Shown here in pieces: positions 8,413 to 17,046 of a DNA stretch of 64,000 nt. Both the position numbers and the translations under genes were made by a program. The notes beneath the pieces were generated by a model, which saw only the letters and a list, made by a program, of their open reading frames with translations, was not told the DNA's origin and made no database searches. Position 1 is the first letter of the stretch, and every line of letters starts with the position of its first letter. Origin of the DNA: a virus; IMG/VR virus record IMGVR_UViG_3300031707_000008, positions 10,568-74,567 of that record; one strand, written 5' to 3'.

Positions 8413-9726
8413 TTGAAAGAAGAGGGTGTTTTTATTATACAGACAGACGTCCCATTCGATTTTCTCATTAGTCCAACGAAAGTCGCTGCTGAGACGGATG
8501 CATCTACGGGAGAAGAGTTGTGGATTTTAGAGGCGTTGGCGTGTACGTCGGACGTCGATCTTGGGGATGATGTCATTCTCCCAATCGCAATTAAGAATTC
8601 CGAAAGCGATTTGCTCGAGTATAGTACCGTCCTCGAGAATCATGACACTGATAAGCGCGTGGGCAAGATAATTGACTCAAGGGCAATTGATGTTGGTTTG
8701 TGGGTCAAAATCATGATTTCGAAGACCGTTCCTGCTGTGTGGCAACAGGTTCAAGAAGGTGTTTTGAGTAAACTTTCTATTCGTGGAAGAATTCTTGAAG
8801 TTATTAAGCATTCCGTGAATGGAAAGCCAGTACGTGGTATTCAAAAGATGAAACTTGTTGAGACTTCTCTTGTGAGTGTTCCTATGAATGTGAAGGCAAG
8901 AGCACTACGGTGGTACGTATCGAAAGCTCTCGACTCCGTCATGTGGGATAAAATAACTCCTGAAGGAGGTGAAAATATGCAAAGGAATCCTCGAGATGAA
9001 ACGACACCCCTCCCTGCGGAGATACTCAAGGAAGCGGTGGTAGTCGAGAATTTGATTGTTCTTCCTGCGGTTGAGCAAAAGTCACTACCTATCGCTGGTG
9101 AAAGAAACGTTGAGATTCCTCCTGAGGTGAATCTTGCTGCACGACCAGATGTAGAAACTCGTAGTGTATTGCACAAAGAGACACCGGATCCCAATGACGC
9201 ACCCGCTGAGGAAGAGACACCGGAAGAGGTACTAATTGAGAAAGTGATAAAAGTGCCTCTTGTTGAAAGTGTAGTAGAAGTTACTCCTTCTGAGATAGTG
9301 AAGGAGAAAGTGCTTCCTGCGGCAGAAGAGTCGGCTAAAGCGATTGCTCAAACGATTAACGTTTTGAAGGATGCTTTACCACACGTGATTGACAAGACTT
9401 CTCTTCCAGGAGAAGGTCTTTCTGTGGAAATGGCGAAGATAGCGAAAGACGTCGTGGATTTGCAAAACATTCTTGTTGCGGTCCAACAGGGTTTGGCGTT
9501 GGCTGAAAGCGTTGAGACCTTGAAGCAAGAGATTGTTGGCTTGCGCAATCGTGTTGAGCAAACTCCTCTTCGTAAGGGTATTGACACCAAGCAACTTCCG
9601 AATGCACTCCCCACCCGCGATGCAATTTTGAAGGAATTGCGTGCATCAGAAGAGTTTAAACTATCAACCGCTCCCGAGCAACTTCGCATGGTGTTGGAAG
9701 TAATTGCTGCGACCATTTCAGCGTAA
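8413..9726 (+). CDS. HK97-type prohead protease fused to scaffold-like C-terminus
   Basis: DLGDDVI, LENHD...VG, GLWVK, LSIRG, LVETSLVSVPMN; acidic coiled-coil tail; precedes MCP. Confidence 0.88.
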   Translation: MKEEGVFIIQTDVPFDFLISPTKVAAETDASTGEELWILEALACTSDVDLGDDVILPIAIKNSESDLLEYSTVLENHDTDKRVGKIIDSRAIDVGLWVKIMISKTVPAVWQQVQEGVLSKLSIRGRILEVIKHSVNGKPVRGIQKMKLVETSLVSVPMNVKARALRWYVSKALDSVMWDKITPEGGENMQRNPRDETTPLPAEILKEAVVVENLIVLPAVEQKSLPIAGERNVEIPPEVNLAARPDVETRSVLHKETPDPNDAPAEEETPEEVLIEKVIKVPLVESVVEVTPSEIVKEKVLPAAEESAKAIAQTINVLKDALPHVIDKTSLPGEGLSVEMAKIAKDVVDLQNILVAVQQGLALAESVETLKQEIVGLRNRVEQTPLRKGIDTKQLPNALPTRDAILKELRASEEFKLSTAPEQLRMVLEVIAATISA

Positions 9727-9788
9727 GTTTCTTTCGTATAAAGAAGTCGCTTGTGTTTTTTTCTTTTTGAATTAAGGAGGTGAAAAAA

Positions 9789-10751
9789 ATGGAAAGACCC
9801 GACATTCTAAAGGCATTGTCTGGAGTCGTTGAGAAGGGAATTGCCGCGACTAATATCGCGTCAATTCTGGAGCAACCTGAGGTTGATGCCGTTGTAGCGC
9901 ATCTGATTGATTATCAGAACCCGTTTCGGCAGAATTTGCCGCGTAGGCCTGGTTCTGGTGCGGCTTACTTGTCAAACACTCGTACTGCGGGCAATACACC
10001 CGCGCAGTTTGTTGCTGACACGGATACGCTAATGGAGGATACCGGAACGTATGGACGCATACCTTGGACGTACAAGACTATTGCGACGCGTGGAAAGATC
10101 ACGCGTAAGGCGCAAAAGATTGGGATGTCTTTGTTGGACATCATGGCGGAAGAGTTAGAAGGGAAATCGGAAGACTTCCGCAACTACGAAGAGTGGGCCA
10201 TTATCTATGGTAACTCCTCCACAGCGACACAATTCGATGGACTCGACAAGATTTTCGTTGTGACGACTCCGGGAGCGCAATGCGTTGCAATGACGACAAC
10301 GTCTGGCGGTCAAGCACTTTCGTTGACGAAGCTTGATCAGGCAATTGATAAGTGTGCACTACCTCCGAACATGCTTGTGATGTCTCGGAGGACGCGGAGG
10401 CAGTTGAGAACCCTTCTTCAGGCAAGTCAACGCTTTGTAAATACAGTAGAGGTGGTTGGTGGATTCAAGGTGTTGTCGTATGACGATATCCCGGTCTTTG
10501 TTTCGACGCAGATTTTGGATACGTATACGTTCAACGGTACTGCCGATTCTGCATCTACAGGTGGAACTTGCACGAATCTTTACGCGTTGAATACCGCGGA
10601 TTGCTTCATGTCGGTTTTAACGGATGTGACCGTGGAGCCGTTGGCGAAGGATTCTTCGCAATACCAACAGTTTGACATTTACGAGGATGTAGCTCTCGTA
10701 ATGAAGAACATAAAGAAGCATGTGTGCTTAATCGGTATCAAGGATTCGTAA
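9789..10751 (+). CDS. Major capsid protein (HK97 fold)
   Basis: 320 aa, strong AAGGAGGTG SD, follows protease; IIYGN..QFDGL, LTKLDQAID, YDDIPV. Confidence 0.88.
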   Translation: MERPDILKALSGVVEKGIAATNIASILEQPEVDAVVAHLIDYQNPFRQNLPRRPGSGAAYLSNTRTAGNTPAQFVADTDTLMEDTGTYGRIPWTYKTIATRGKITRKAQKIGMSLLDIMAEELEGKSEDFRNYEEWAIIYGNSSTATQFDGLDKIFVVTTPGAQCVAMTTTSGGQALSLTKLDQAIDKCALPPNMLVMSRRTRRQLRTLLQASQRFVNTVEVVGGFKVLSYDDIPVFVSTQILDTYTFNGTADSASTGGTCTNLYALNTADCFMSVLTDVTVEPLAKDSSQYQQFDIYEDVALVMKNIKKHVCLIGIKDS

Positions 10752-10768
10752 GGTAGGGGTGAAACGTT

Positions 10769-10815
10769 GTGAAAATGGAGTTGAACTCATGTTCGAGTGC
10801 AACTCCGTTTTTCAC
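10769..10815 (+). terminator. Long hairpin / probable intrinsic terminator after MCP
   Basis: gtgaaaatggagttg...caactccgtttttcac; core ggagttg/caactcc followed by gttttt. Confidence 0.6.
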
Positions 10816-10831
10816 CTAGGAGGAAAACTGC

Positions 10832-11044
10832 ATGTTCGTGTTGAAATACCAAACTCAACCGTGTCCAACTGAATGGAATGAGTTTCCACGTGACGAGACC
10901 ATCAAGGTTGTAAATGGAATTGCTGTAATGGAGAAGGAAGTTTCTCGATTGCATTTGCTCTTTCGGGGGTTTGAAGATATTACGGAGACACCTGAGGGGA
11001 TCGAAATTCGAAAAACGCATGGAGAACGTATTAGTAAAAAGTAG
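10832..11044 (+). CDS. Small hypothetical protein after MCP
   Basis: AGGAGG SD, 70 aa. Confidence 0.6.
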   Translation: MFVLKYQTQPCPTEWNEFPRDETIKVVNGIAVMEKEVSRLHLLFRGFEDITETPEGIEIRKTHGERISKK

Positions 11045-11053
11045 GAAACACGC

Positions 11054-11638
11054 GTGATTGGGAACTTGACTGACTTGAAAGTCTTTTGTGAGATTGTGGG
11101 AACAACGTATGATTCTCTTTTGAATATGTTGTTGGCACAAAAGAGTGCGTCTCTCGAGAGTGCGTGTAATCGTAGATTTGAATTGCATTCTAGGTGCGAT
11201 CTTATAACGGTTAAACGCAATGTGTCACAAATTCACTTAGGGGATTATCCTGTCGTTAGCGTGGCAGCAATTACAATTGGTGACATAACGACAATTAACC
11301 CTTCAGAGTATTACGTTTCGAAGGCGCAAGGTACTATTTACTTCTCTGACGGGGTTATTTTAGCAGGAACTACCGTGTGTGTTACGTATTCAGCGGGTTA
11401 CACACCTTCTACATACATTCCGCAAGATATTGTTTTCGCTGTTTATTCTTGGGTTAATAGTCATTTTGTAACGAGGAAGTTACTTGGAATTCGTAGAGAA
11501 CGTGTTGGGGATCGATCGATTGAGTTGGACACTTTAGGTTCAACAACGGATTTGCCGTCGTACGTTCGAGAAGTTGTCTACAATCGCAAACGCACTTTGA
11601 CTCGCTATCATGATATTCTTGAGATAACAGGAGCGTAA
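11054..11638 (+). CDS. Head-tail adaptor (gp6/gp15-like)
   Basis: LESACNRRF, YPVVSV, VTYSAGY...IPQDI, ERVGDRSI; synteny. Confidence 0.8.
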   Translation: MIGNLTDLKVFCEIVGTTYDSLLNMLLAQKSASLESACNRRFELHSRCDLITVKRNVSQIHLGDYPVVSVAAITIGDITTINPSEYYVSKAQGTIYFSDGVILAGTTVCVTYSAGYTPSTYIPQDIVFAVYSWVNSHFVTRKLLGIRRERVGDRSIELDTLGSTTDLPSYVREVVYNRKRTLTRYHDILEITGA

Positions 11639-11645
11639 TGTTAAC

Positions 11646-12254
11646 GTGGCAGGAAATTTATTTTTCAACCAAGTTTTTAGTTTGTTGCGCTTTTCTGAAG
11701 TGGCGTATACACATGCTTTAGATTCTATGGTGTTGAACGTTCCCACTCTCACTTTTGAAAGGACTCCCTTCAAGATTTGGGTGGAACTTTCTGGAAGTGT
11801 AGCGGGAAATACATTTGATCTTGGTATCGTTGGATTTGATGTCAATGCTGGGGTGACGTATGCTACTTTGGAGTTTACGGCGATTGGATTTCAATTGACA
11901 CCTTGCGAATTCGGTACGTTAACTGCAGTGGCAACCGGAGTGGTAGAACCCGCAGTTACAGTTACTTTATCGGGTTCGAATGATATGCACGAACGAATTC
12001 GCGTAAAAACTACGCAGTCAATTCTGGGGTATATAGCGGAGAGAGGAGGTTTTTTTAGCAACCAACCTTATGGCAGTATTGTCCAAGGGGATGCTGCACT
12101 TTACGTGGAGTCTTTGAATGTCATCCAGGTTGGTGATATTATACTTTTTGGCGCGAAACAGTACTTGATTGAAGACGTTGTTGAAAAGTCAAGTTTGACT
12201 GGACAACTGAATTATGTTGTTGGCACGCTTCGCCATCAAGAAGGGAAACCATAA
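11646..12254 (+). CDS. Putative head-closure/neck protein
   Basis: Position after adaptor; C-terminal IQVGDII..G.KQYLIEDV. Confidence 0.5.
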   Translation: MAGNLFFNQVFSLLRFSEVAYTHALDSMVLNVPTLTFERTPFKIWVELSGSVAGNTFDLGIVGFDVNAGVTYATLEFTAIGFQLTPCEFGTLTAVATGVVEPAVTVTLSGSNDMHERIRVKTTQSILGYIAERGGFFSNQPYGSIVQGDAALYVESLNVIQVGDIILFGAKQYLIEDVVEKSSLTGQLNYVVGTLRHQEGKP

Positions 12255-14656
12255 TGCGAGAGAAAGTCTCTATCGTAACGGTGTTGTTCAACGAAGTTGA
12301 ACACACAATTCGTTTCGTTGAATCGTTGCGCAAGTACACGAGAGAATATGAGTTGATCGTAATTGACAATTGCAGTACAGATGGGACATGTGGTTTTTTA
12401 ACAGAACTTGCAAGCAAAGGTGAAATTCCTATTCGAGTTTATCATAATGACACCAACTTGGGATATGTGAAGGGGATAAATCAAGGAATTAGGTTGGCGG
12501 AATTTTCTCTTATTTGCATAGTTAATAATGATATTGTTTTCTCTCCAGGTTGGTTGGATAAGTTGCGTTGGGGATTGCTTACTGGGGTGAAGAAAGTGAA
12601 AACCCTGACGGGGCCTGTTGGTGCTGTCGGACCTACTGCTGACAATGTATCTGGAATGCAGGTTGTTCAGTTAAATCCTATACCGCGTGAATGGAACGAT
12701 ACTACAATGCGTTCCGTGAATGCGGAAGTCAGAAAGGGCAATCTCATAGAAACTGGATTCCTTGTTGGTTTTTGCATGTTGATAAGGCGTGAAGTTTTCG
12801 ATTCGATTGGTTTGTTTGATGAAGAGAATTTTTCCAATGGTGGTTTTGACGATAACGATTTTTGCTTGCGTATGTTGCATGCTGGGTGGAAGATGTTGAT
12901 AGTAGGAAATTGCTTTTTGCATCATGTGGGCGGGGCAACGATACGACATTTTCCTGAATTGAAGCGTGGTACGTCTAGTCGTTTTCAATTTTACAAGAAG
13001 TGGCATAATCCCAATCCTACGCGTGTGATTGCAGCATACCGGGTTAAAGATGGTGGGGAATTGTTCGCGAAGAGTTTGGCAAACGTGAGTGAGTTTGTTG
13101 ATGGAATCGTCGTGTTTGATGATAACTCAACTGATAACACTAGTGCAGTAGCACGAGCGTGTCCTAAAGTTCTTGAAGTTAAACGCACAAGTCGTACGAC
13201 TTTTGATGAGAGAATGGATCGCAATGACGCACTCGAATTGGCACGAATGCATGGTGCGGAATGGATCCTTGCAATTGATTCCGACGAGCTTTTTGGACCG
13301 GAAATGACTTACGCGCGTATGCAGAATTTGACACATCCAGTCAATCCGCAATACTTGAGTTTTGGTTTTTACTGGTACAATTTCTGGAATTCGTTGACGC
13401 ATTACCGTACTGATGGCATTTGGGGACAAATGCGTGGAAGTCGTTTGTTTAAGGTGCTACCCAATCAACGAATTGTTCTTGGATCTACTCAAGGATTGCA
13501 TTGTGGAAATATTCCTTACTTCGCCCCAACGAATGTGATGCAAACTTGTATTCGTATCAAACATTACGGATATGTTTCTCCGCAACAGCGTTTGGATAAG
13601 TATAAATTTTACAGCAACGTAGATCAAGACTTGCGTCCAGAATTGGTGGGTGCGGAAAATTACAATCATCTTATTCATGACTCGGATATGCACATAAGAC
13701 GTTGGCTCGACACGAATGGCATTTCTCTTGCCATTATGGGGAAGAATGAAGCAGATGATTTGACTGCCGTTCTTGAGTTTATGCGATATCTCGTGGATGA
13801 AGTGATATACCTTGACACGGGGAGTTCTGATGCATCACTGGATGTGGCGCGTGCATTGGGCGCACGCGTATTCGAAAAAGAATGGGTTGATGACTTTTCC
13901 GAGATGCGCAACTATTTGATTTCGCAGTCGACTCAACGCTGGATTTTTCATATGGATCCAGACGAGAGAATGTCCCCCGTTGACGCATTCAAGTTGCGTC
14001 ACGTCATTGATGATACCGACACGGTTGCGTTTTTTGTGCCATTAATCAATCACCACCCGGATGGACGTCAAACGATGAACGAGAACGTGAGAATCTTCAG
14101 AAATTTGCCTATTATGAAGTATACTGGAAGAGTGCATGAAACATTCGATTTGGCATTGCGCCAGTTGCGAAATCAGGCCCCAATGCGTATGGCGCCTTTT
14201 GCAATCAACCATTTTGGATACATGAAACCGAAACCGCGTGTGCAAGAAAAGTTGGACTTGTACGAACGCTTGAATATGGCACAATACAAAGAGTCTCCTG
14301 GGGATCCTCGCCCGTGTTTAAATCTTGCATTGCAACGATTAAACGATGGGAATATCGAGGAAGGTTCTGCATTACTTTGGGAAGCGTTGAAGCGTGATCC
14401 TAACTACTATCAGGCAGCGAAAGAATTGGCTTGCGTCAACGTCGAACAAGCAAAGGGTTTGTTGCGTTTGACAGTTAGCAAGCTGCCACCCAACTTCCCT
14501 TTGAGAGTTTGGGCGGAGAAATCTCTTGCCGCGATGGATGAACACTTCCCGAATAGAGTTTATGCTGGTGAACCGAAGAAGTATAAAAAGCGTAGCAAGA
14601 ATACGTTTGCAGGAAAATCTGAAGAACTGAAGAAGTTGGTGGAAGAAGTTGCCTGA
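12254..14656 (+). CDS. Multidomain glycosyltransferase: three tandem GT2 domains + TPR
   Basis: D1: IDNCSTD, NLGY, VNND, GFCMLIRR, DDNDF; D2: FDDNSTD, IDSDE, IKHYGY; D3: KNE, DTGSSD, DDFSEMRN, MDPDE, GRVHE, HFGY; helical TPR-like tail. Confidence 0.9.
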   Translation: MREKVSIVTVLFNEVEHTIRFVESLRKYTREYELIVIDNCSTDGTCGFLTELASKGEIPIRVYHNDTNLGYVKGINQGIRLAEFSLICIVNNDIVFSPGWLDKLRWGLLTGVKKVKTLTGPVGAVGPTADNVSGMQVVQLNPIPREWNDTTMRSVNAEVRKGNLIETGFLVGFCMLIRREVFDSIGLFDEENFSNGGFDDNDFCLRMLHAGWKMLIVGNCFLHHVGGATIRHFPELKRGTSSRFQFYKKWHNPNPTRVIAAYRVKDGGELFAKSLANVSEFVDGIVVFDDNSTDNTSAVARACPKVLEVKRTSRTTFDERMDRNDALELARMHGAEWILAIDSDELFGPEMTYARMQNLTHPVNPQYLSFGFYWYNFWNSLTHYRTDGIWGQMRGSRLFKVLPNQRIVLGSTQGLHCGNIPYFAPTNVMQTCIRIKHYGYVSPQQRLDKYKFYSNVDQDLRPELVGAENYNHLIHDSDMHIRRWLDTNGISLAIMGKNEADDLTAVLEFMRYLVDEVIYLDTGSSDASLDVARALGARVFEKEWVDDFSEMRNYLISQSTQRWIFHMDPDERMSPVDAFKLRHVIDDTDTVAFFVPLINHHPDGRQTMNENVRIFRNLPIMKYTGRVHETFDLALRQLRNQAPMRMAPFAINHFGYMKPKPRVQEKLDLYERLNMAQYKESPGDPRPCLNLALQRLNDGNIEEGSALLWEALKRDPNYYQAAKELACVNVEQAKGLLRLTVSKLPPNFPLRVWAEKSLAAMDEHFPNRVYAGEPKKYKKRSKNTFAGKSEELKKLVEEVA

Positions 14657-15125
14657 TTATGACGTTCGCATTCTAGGAAAGGAAAAAGTACTCGCGAAGA
14701 TTGCTCATAAGAAGATGCAAATTACTTCGGGAATTCATCTTGGTGTGGTTAAAGCAACACGCTCGTTGAAACAAGGTGTTGTTGCGAACGCTTCTCGAAC
14801 GGACTATTCTTTAAATGAGTTGGAAGACATGGGGTACCCTTATGCACGTCGTGATCCTCATCCGCCGTTAGAACCACCTTGGCTGGTGCATACACGTTCT
14901 GGGAAGTTGGTTTCAGCAATTATGTCATTCACACATAAAGAATCTTGGGGGTCTCTCGGGAGGGTATATATAGATGCAACCATTGCCCCCCACGCTCCAG
15001 CGGTACTATTCGGGACCACGCGCATGATTGGAAGAGATTTTTTAAGAGAAACGCGCATTATTATGTCAGCGCAAATCCGGAAAACCATCGTAGATACCTT
15101 GCGTTTGGAGGTTCGTGGTGGTTGA
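14649..15125 (+). CDS. Neck/tail-completion protein (HK97 gp10-like)
   Basis: HTRSGKLVSAI, APHAPAVLFGTTRMIGRDFL. Confidence 0.75.
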   Translation: MPDYDVRILGKEKVLAKIAHKKMQITSGIHLGVVKATRSLKQGVVANASRTDYSLNELEDMGYPYARRDPHPPLEPPWLVHTRSGKLVSAIMSFTHKESWGSLGRVYIDATIAPHAPAVLFGTTRMIGRDFLRETRIIMSAQIRKTIVDTLRLEVRGG

Positions 15126-15564
15126 TACATACTTTGACTTTGAATCTGTTGTTTCTCGGGTTTTGACAACCGTTTTAATCGGGAATACGGACGTTTCGAC
15201 CGAGGTACGGGATAAAGTATACCACGCCGAACTCGCTGAGGTGAACAATCCTGTGTTTCCGTGTGTTTGTTTCAAGATGTGGGGAAATCCTCCACTCTTC
15301 CGTGGTTTGCAAGGAGCCGAATATACGTTACGCATTTGGTCTTGGGCGCAATCGCAAGTAGGTGCCTCATTGTTGTTGGCGAAAGTTTCTGCCGCGTTGG
15401 AGCCACGCCGCTTTACGGACGCCGACAAAACTTTTGCGATTGTATTTGAACCATCCGTGGGGGGAGGAGTTTACGTCGACACTACCGGAAACGTATTTGG
15501 TTCGGTTGAGACTTACCGCGTGAGGGCAATTGCTAGAAAATCTACAGAAAGACCCTTCCATTGA
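15115..15564 (+). CDS. Putative tail terminator
   Basis: Size and position before tail tube; KVYH...FPCV. Confidence 0.6.
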   Translation: MVVDTYFDFESVVSRVLTTVLIGNTDVSTEVRDKVYHAELAEVNNPVFPCVCFKMWGNPPLFRGLQGAEYTLRIWSWAQSQVGASLLLAKVSAALEPRRFTDADKTFAIVFEPSVGGGVYVDTTGNVFGSVETYRVRAIARKSTERPFH

Positions 15565-15821
15565 AGGATGGTGATAACGTGCAAGAAGAACAAAATGCTC
15601 TACGGAAAACTGGAAAACGTGTAAGTGATGACAGTAGGTGGGCTTGTGAAGGTTGTCATGCAACTTTGGGTTATGTTGATAAAACTGGGAAAATTCTACG
15701 TGTAAAGTACAGAGATTTGTACATTACCGTAGAAGGTGGAACTACCACTGTAGTGTGTCGCGTTTGTGGGCGTCATGCCCGACTCGAATACATCGAGGAT
15801 GGCGAGACGAAACAAACGTAA
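15561..15821 (+). CDS. Zinc-ribbon protein (Mu Com-like)
   Basis: WACEGCHATLG...VCRVCG. Confidence 0.55.
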   Translation: MKDGDNVQEEQNALRKTGKRVSDDSRWACEGCHATLGYVDKTGKILRVKYRDLYITVEGGTTTVVCRVCGRHARLEYIEDGETKQT

Positions 15822-15858
15822 ATTTTCTTCTTTAACTCTTCGAAGGAGGTGAAATATT

Positions 15859-16401
15859 GTGGGTTATAACATTCCTTCTTATTCCGTTGACAATATCACT
15901 TTCGGACCAGGTATTTTGTACCTTGGCACTTCCGGTGCTACACCGACAGTTGATATTGGTGCCGTGACGTCTGCGAAGCTTACGATGACGCGTGCCAAAC
16001 TCGAGATCAAACAAGGTTCGCCAAAACAACTTGTCAAGCGTTACGCTTCGGAAGAGACCGTACAGTTCTCAATCACTGGTATCGAGTGGAAGCCAAATAA
16101 CATCGCACGTGCTTTGGGTGCGGGTGTTACATCAGGATCGGCGACGACTGACATCCTTGAGTACGGTGGAGATATGAACTTTACTTCAGTAGCATTGAAG
16201 TTCGTTCATGTTATGCCATCGGGTGATACCATCAACTTATTCATTTGGTCAGCGCATGGTTCTGGTGATATGGAAATCACGTTCGGTGATGACGTTCATG
16301 AGATACCGTTGGCGTTTGACGCATTACGTTCCTCGACCGACTGGGCGGGTGCAACACTTGCGTCAAACAAACAGTTTTTCAAACTTCTTAAGGAGATATA
16401 G
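15859..16401 (+). CDS. Major tail tube protein
   Basis: Strong SD; NITFGPGILY..DIGAV; precedes chaperone and TMP; no sheath gene. Confidence 0.82.
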   Translation: MGYNIPSYSVDNITFGPGILYLGTSGATPTVDIGAVTSAKLTMTRAKLEIKQGSPKQLVKRYASEETVQFSITGIEWKPNNIARALGAGVTSGSATTDILEYGGDMNFTSVALKFVHVMPSGDTINLFIWSAHGSGDMEITFGDDVHEIPLAFDALRSSTDWAGATLASNKQFFKLLKEI

Positions 16402-16403
16402 GC

Positions 16404-16835
16404 ATGGTTGATCAAACCGCCAAGGAACTTGACTTGTTCGCCCCCGGTGGAACAAAAGTGAAGACTATAGCAGGAGAAGAGTGCACTGTAGGTGCGGTCA
16501 CTTGGGGCAAAGAGATCCAGATCATGAAATCGGTCAAACTTGTACTGGCGAATTTACGTGAAGTCGTTCCAGACATGACGAACGCAAGCGGAAGTACTAT
16601 CTTGAAGATTATAGAGGTAGCCCTAGAAGTGGCTCCCGAGCAAATGACGAAGATTTGCGCAACTCTCCTTGACAAAGACCCACAATGGATTTCAGACAAT
16701 CTTGATGGGGATGCAGTATATGGTTTGGTGGTGCCTTTTTTCAAGTGGAAGAAGCAGTCACTTCTAGGACTCCTCGCAAAGACTGGGTTGAAACTGCCTC
16801 CGGCAGTATCATCGCGCATGTCGTTGCATACTTAG
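16404..16835 (+). CDS. Tail assembly chaperone (G-like)
   Basis: Between tube and TMP; contains T TTT TTC at 16736-16742. Confidence 0.75.
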   Translation: MVDQTAKELDLFAPGGTKVKTIAGEECTVGAVTWGKEIQIMKSVKLVLANLREVVPDMTNASGSTILKIIEVALEVAPEQMTKICATLLDKDPQWISDNLDGDAVYGLVVPFFKWKKQSLLGLLAKTGLKLPPAVSSRMSLHT

Positions 16836-17044
16836 GTAGATTCTGTAGTTGTTCGCCGGAGGATGTTTTCAAATTGACGCGTGCGCAAGTAGAAGCTTTG
16901 TATATGGAGGCGATAGATTTACGCGAACGTGACTACGAGGTACTAGCAACAATGTTGGGGGCGAAAGTAGAGAAACGTACGCGAAAAAGTGTACCAATTG
17001 AAGATGCACTGAACAAAGGGAATCTTCCGGTTGAGGTTGCGTAG
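16736..17044 (+). CDS. Tail chaperone -1 frameshift extension (GT-like)
   Basis: Open -1 frame from slippery heptamer to TAG 17044, just before TMP ATG. Confidence 0.7.
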   Translation, partial: FFQVEEAVTSRTPRKDWVETASGSIIAHVVAYLGRFCSCSPEDVFKLTRAQVEALYMEAIDLRERDYEVLATMLGAKVEKRTRKSVPIEDALNKGNLPVEVA

Positions 17045-17046
17045 CG

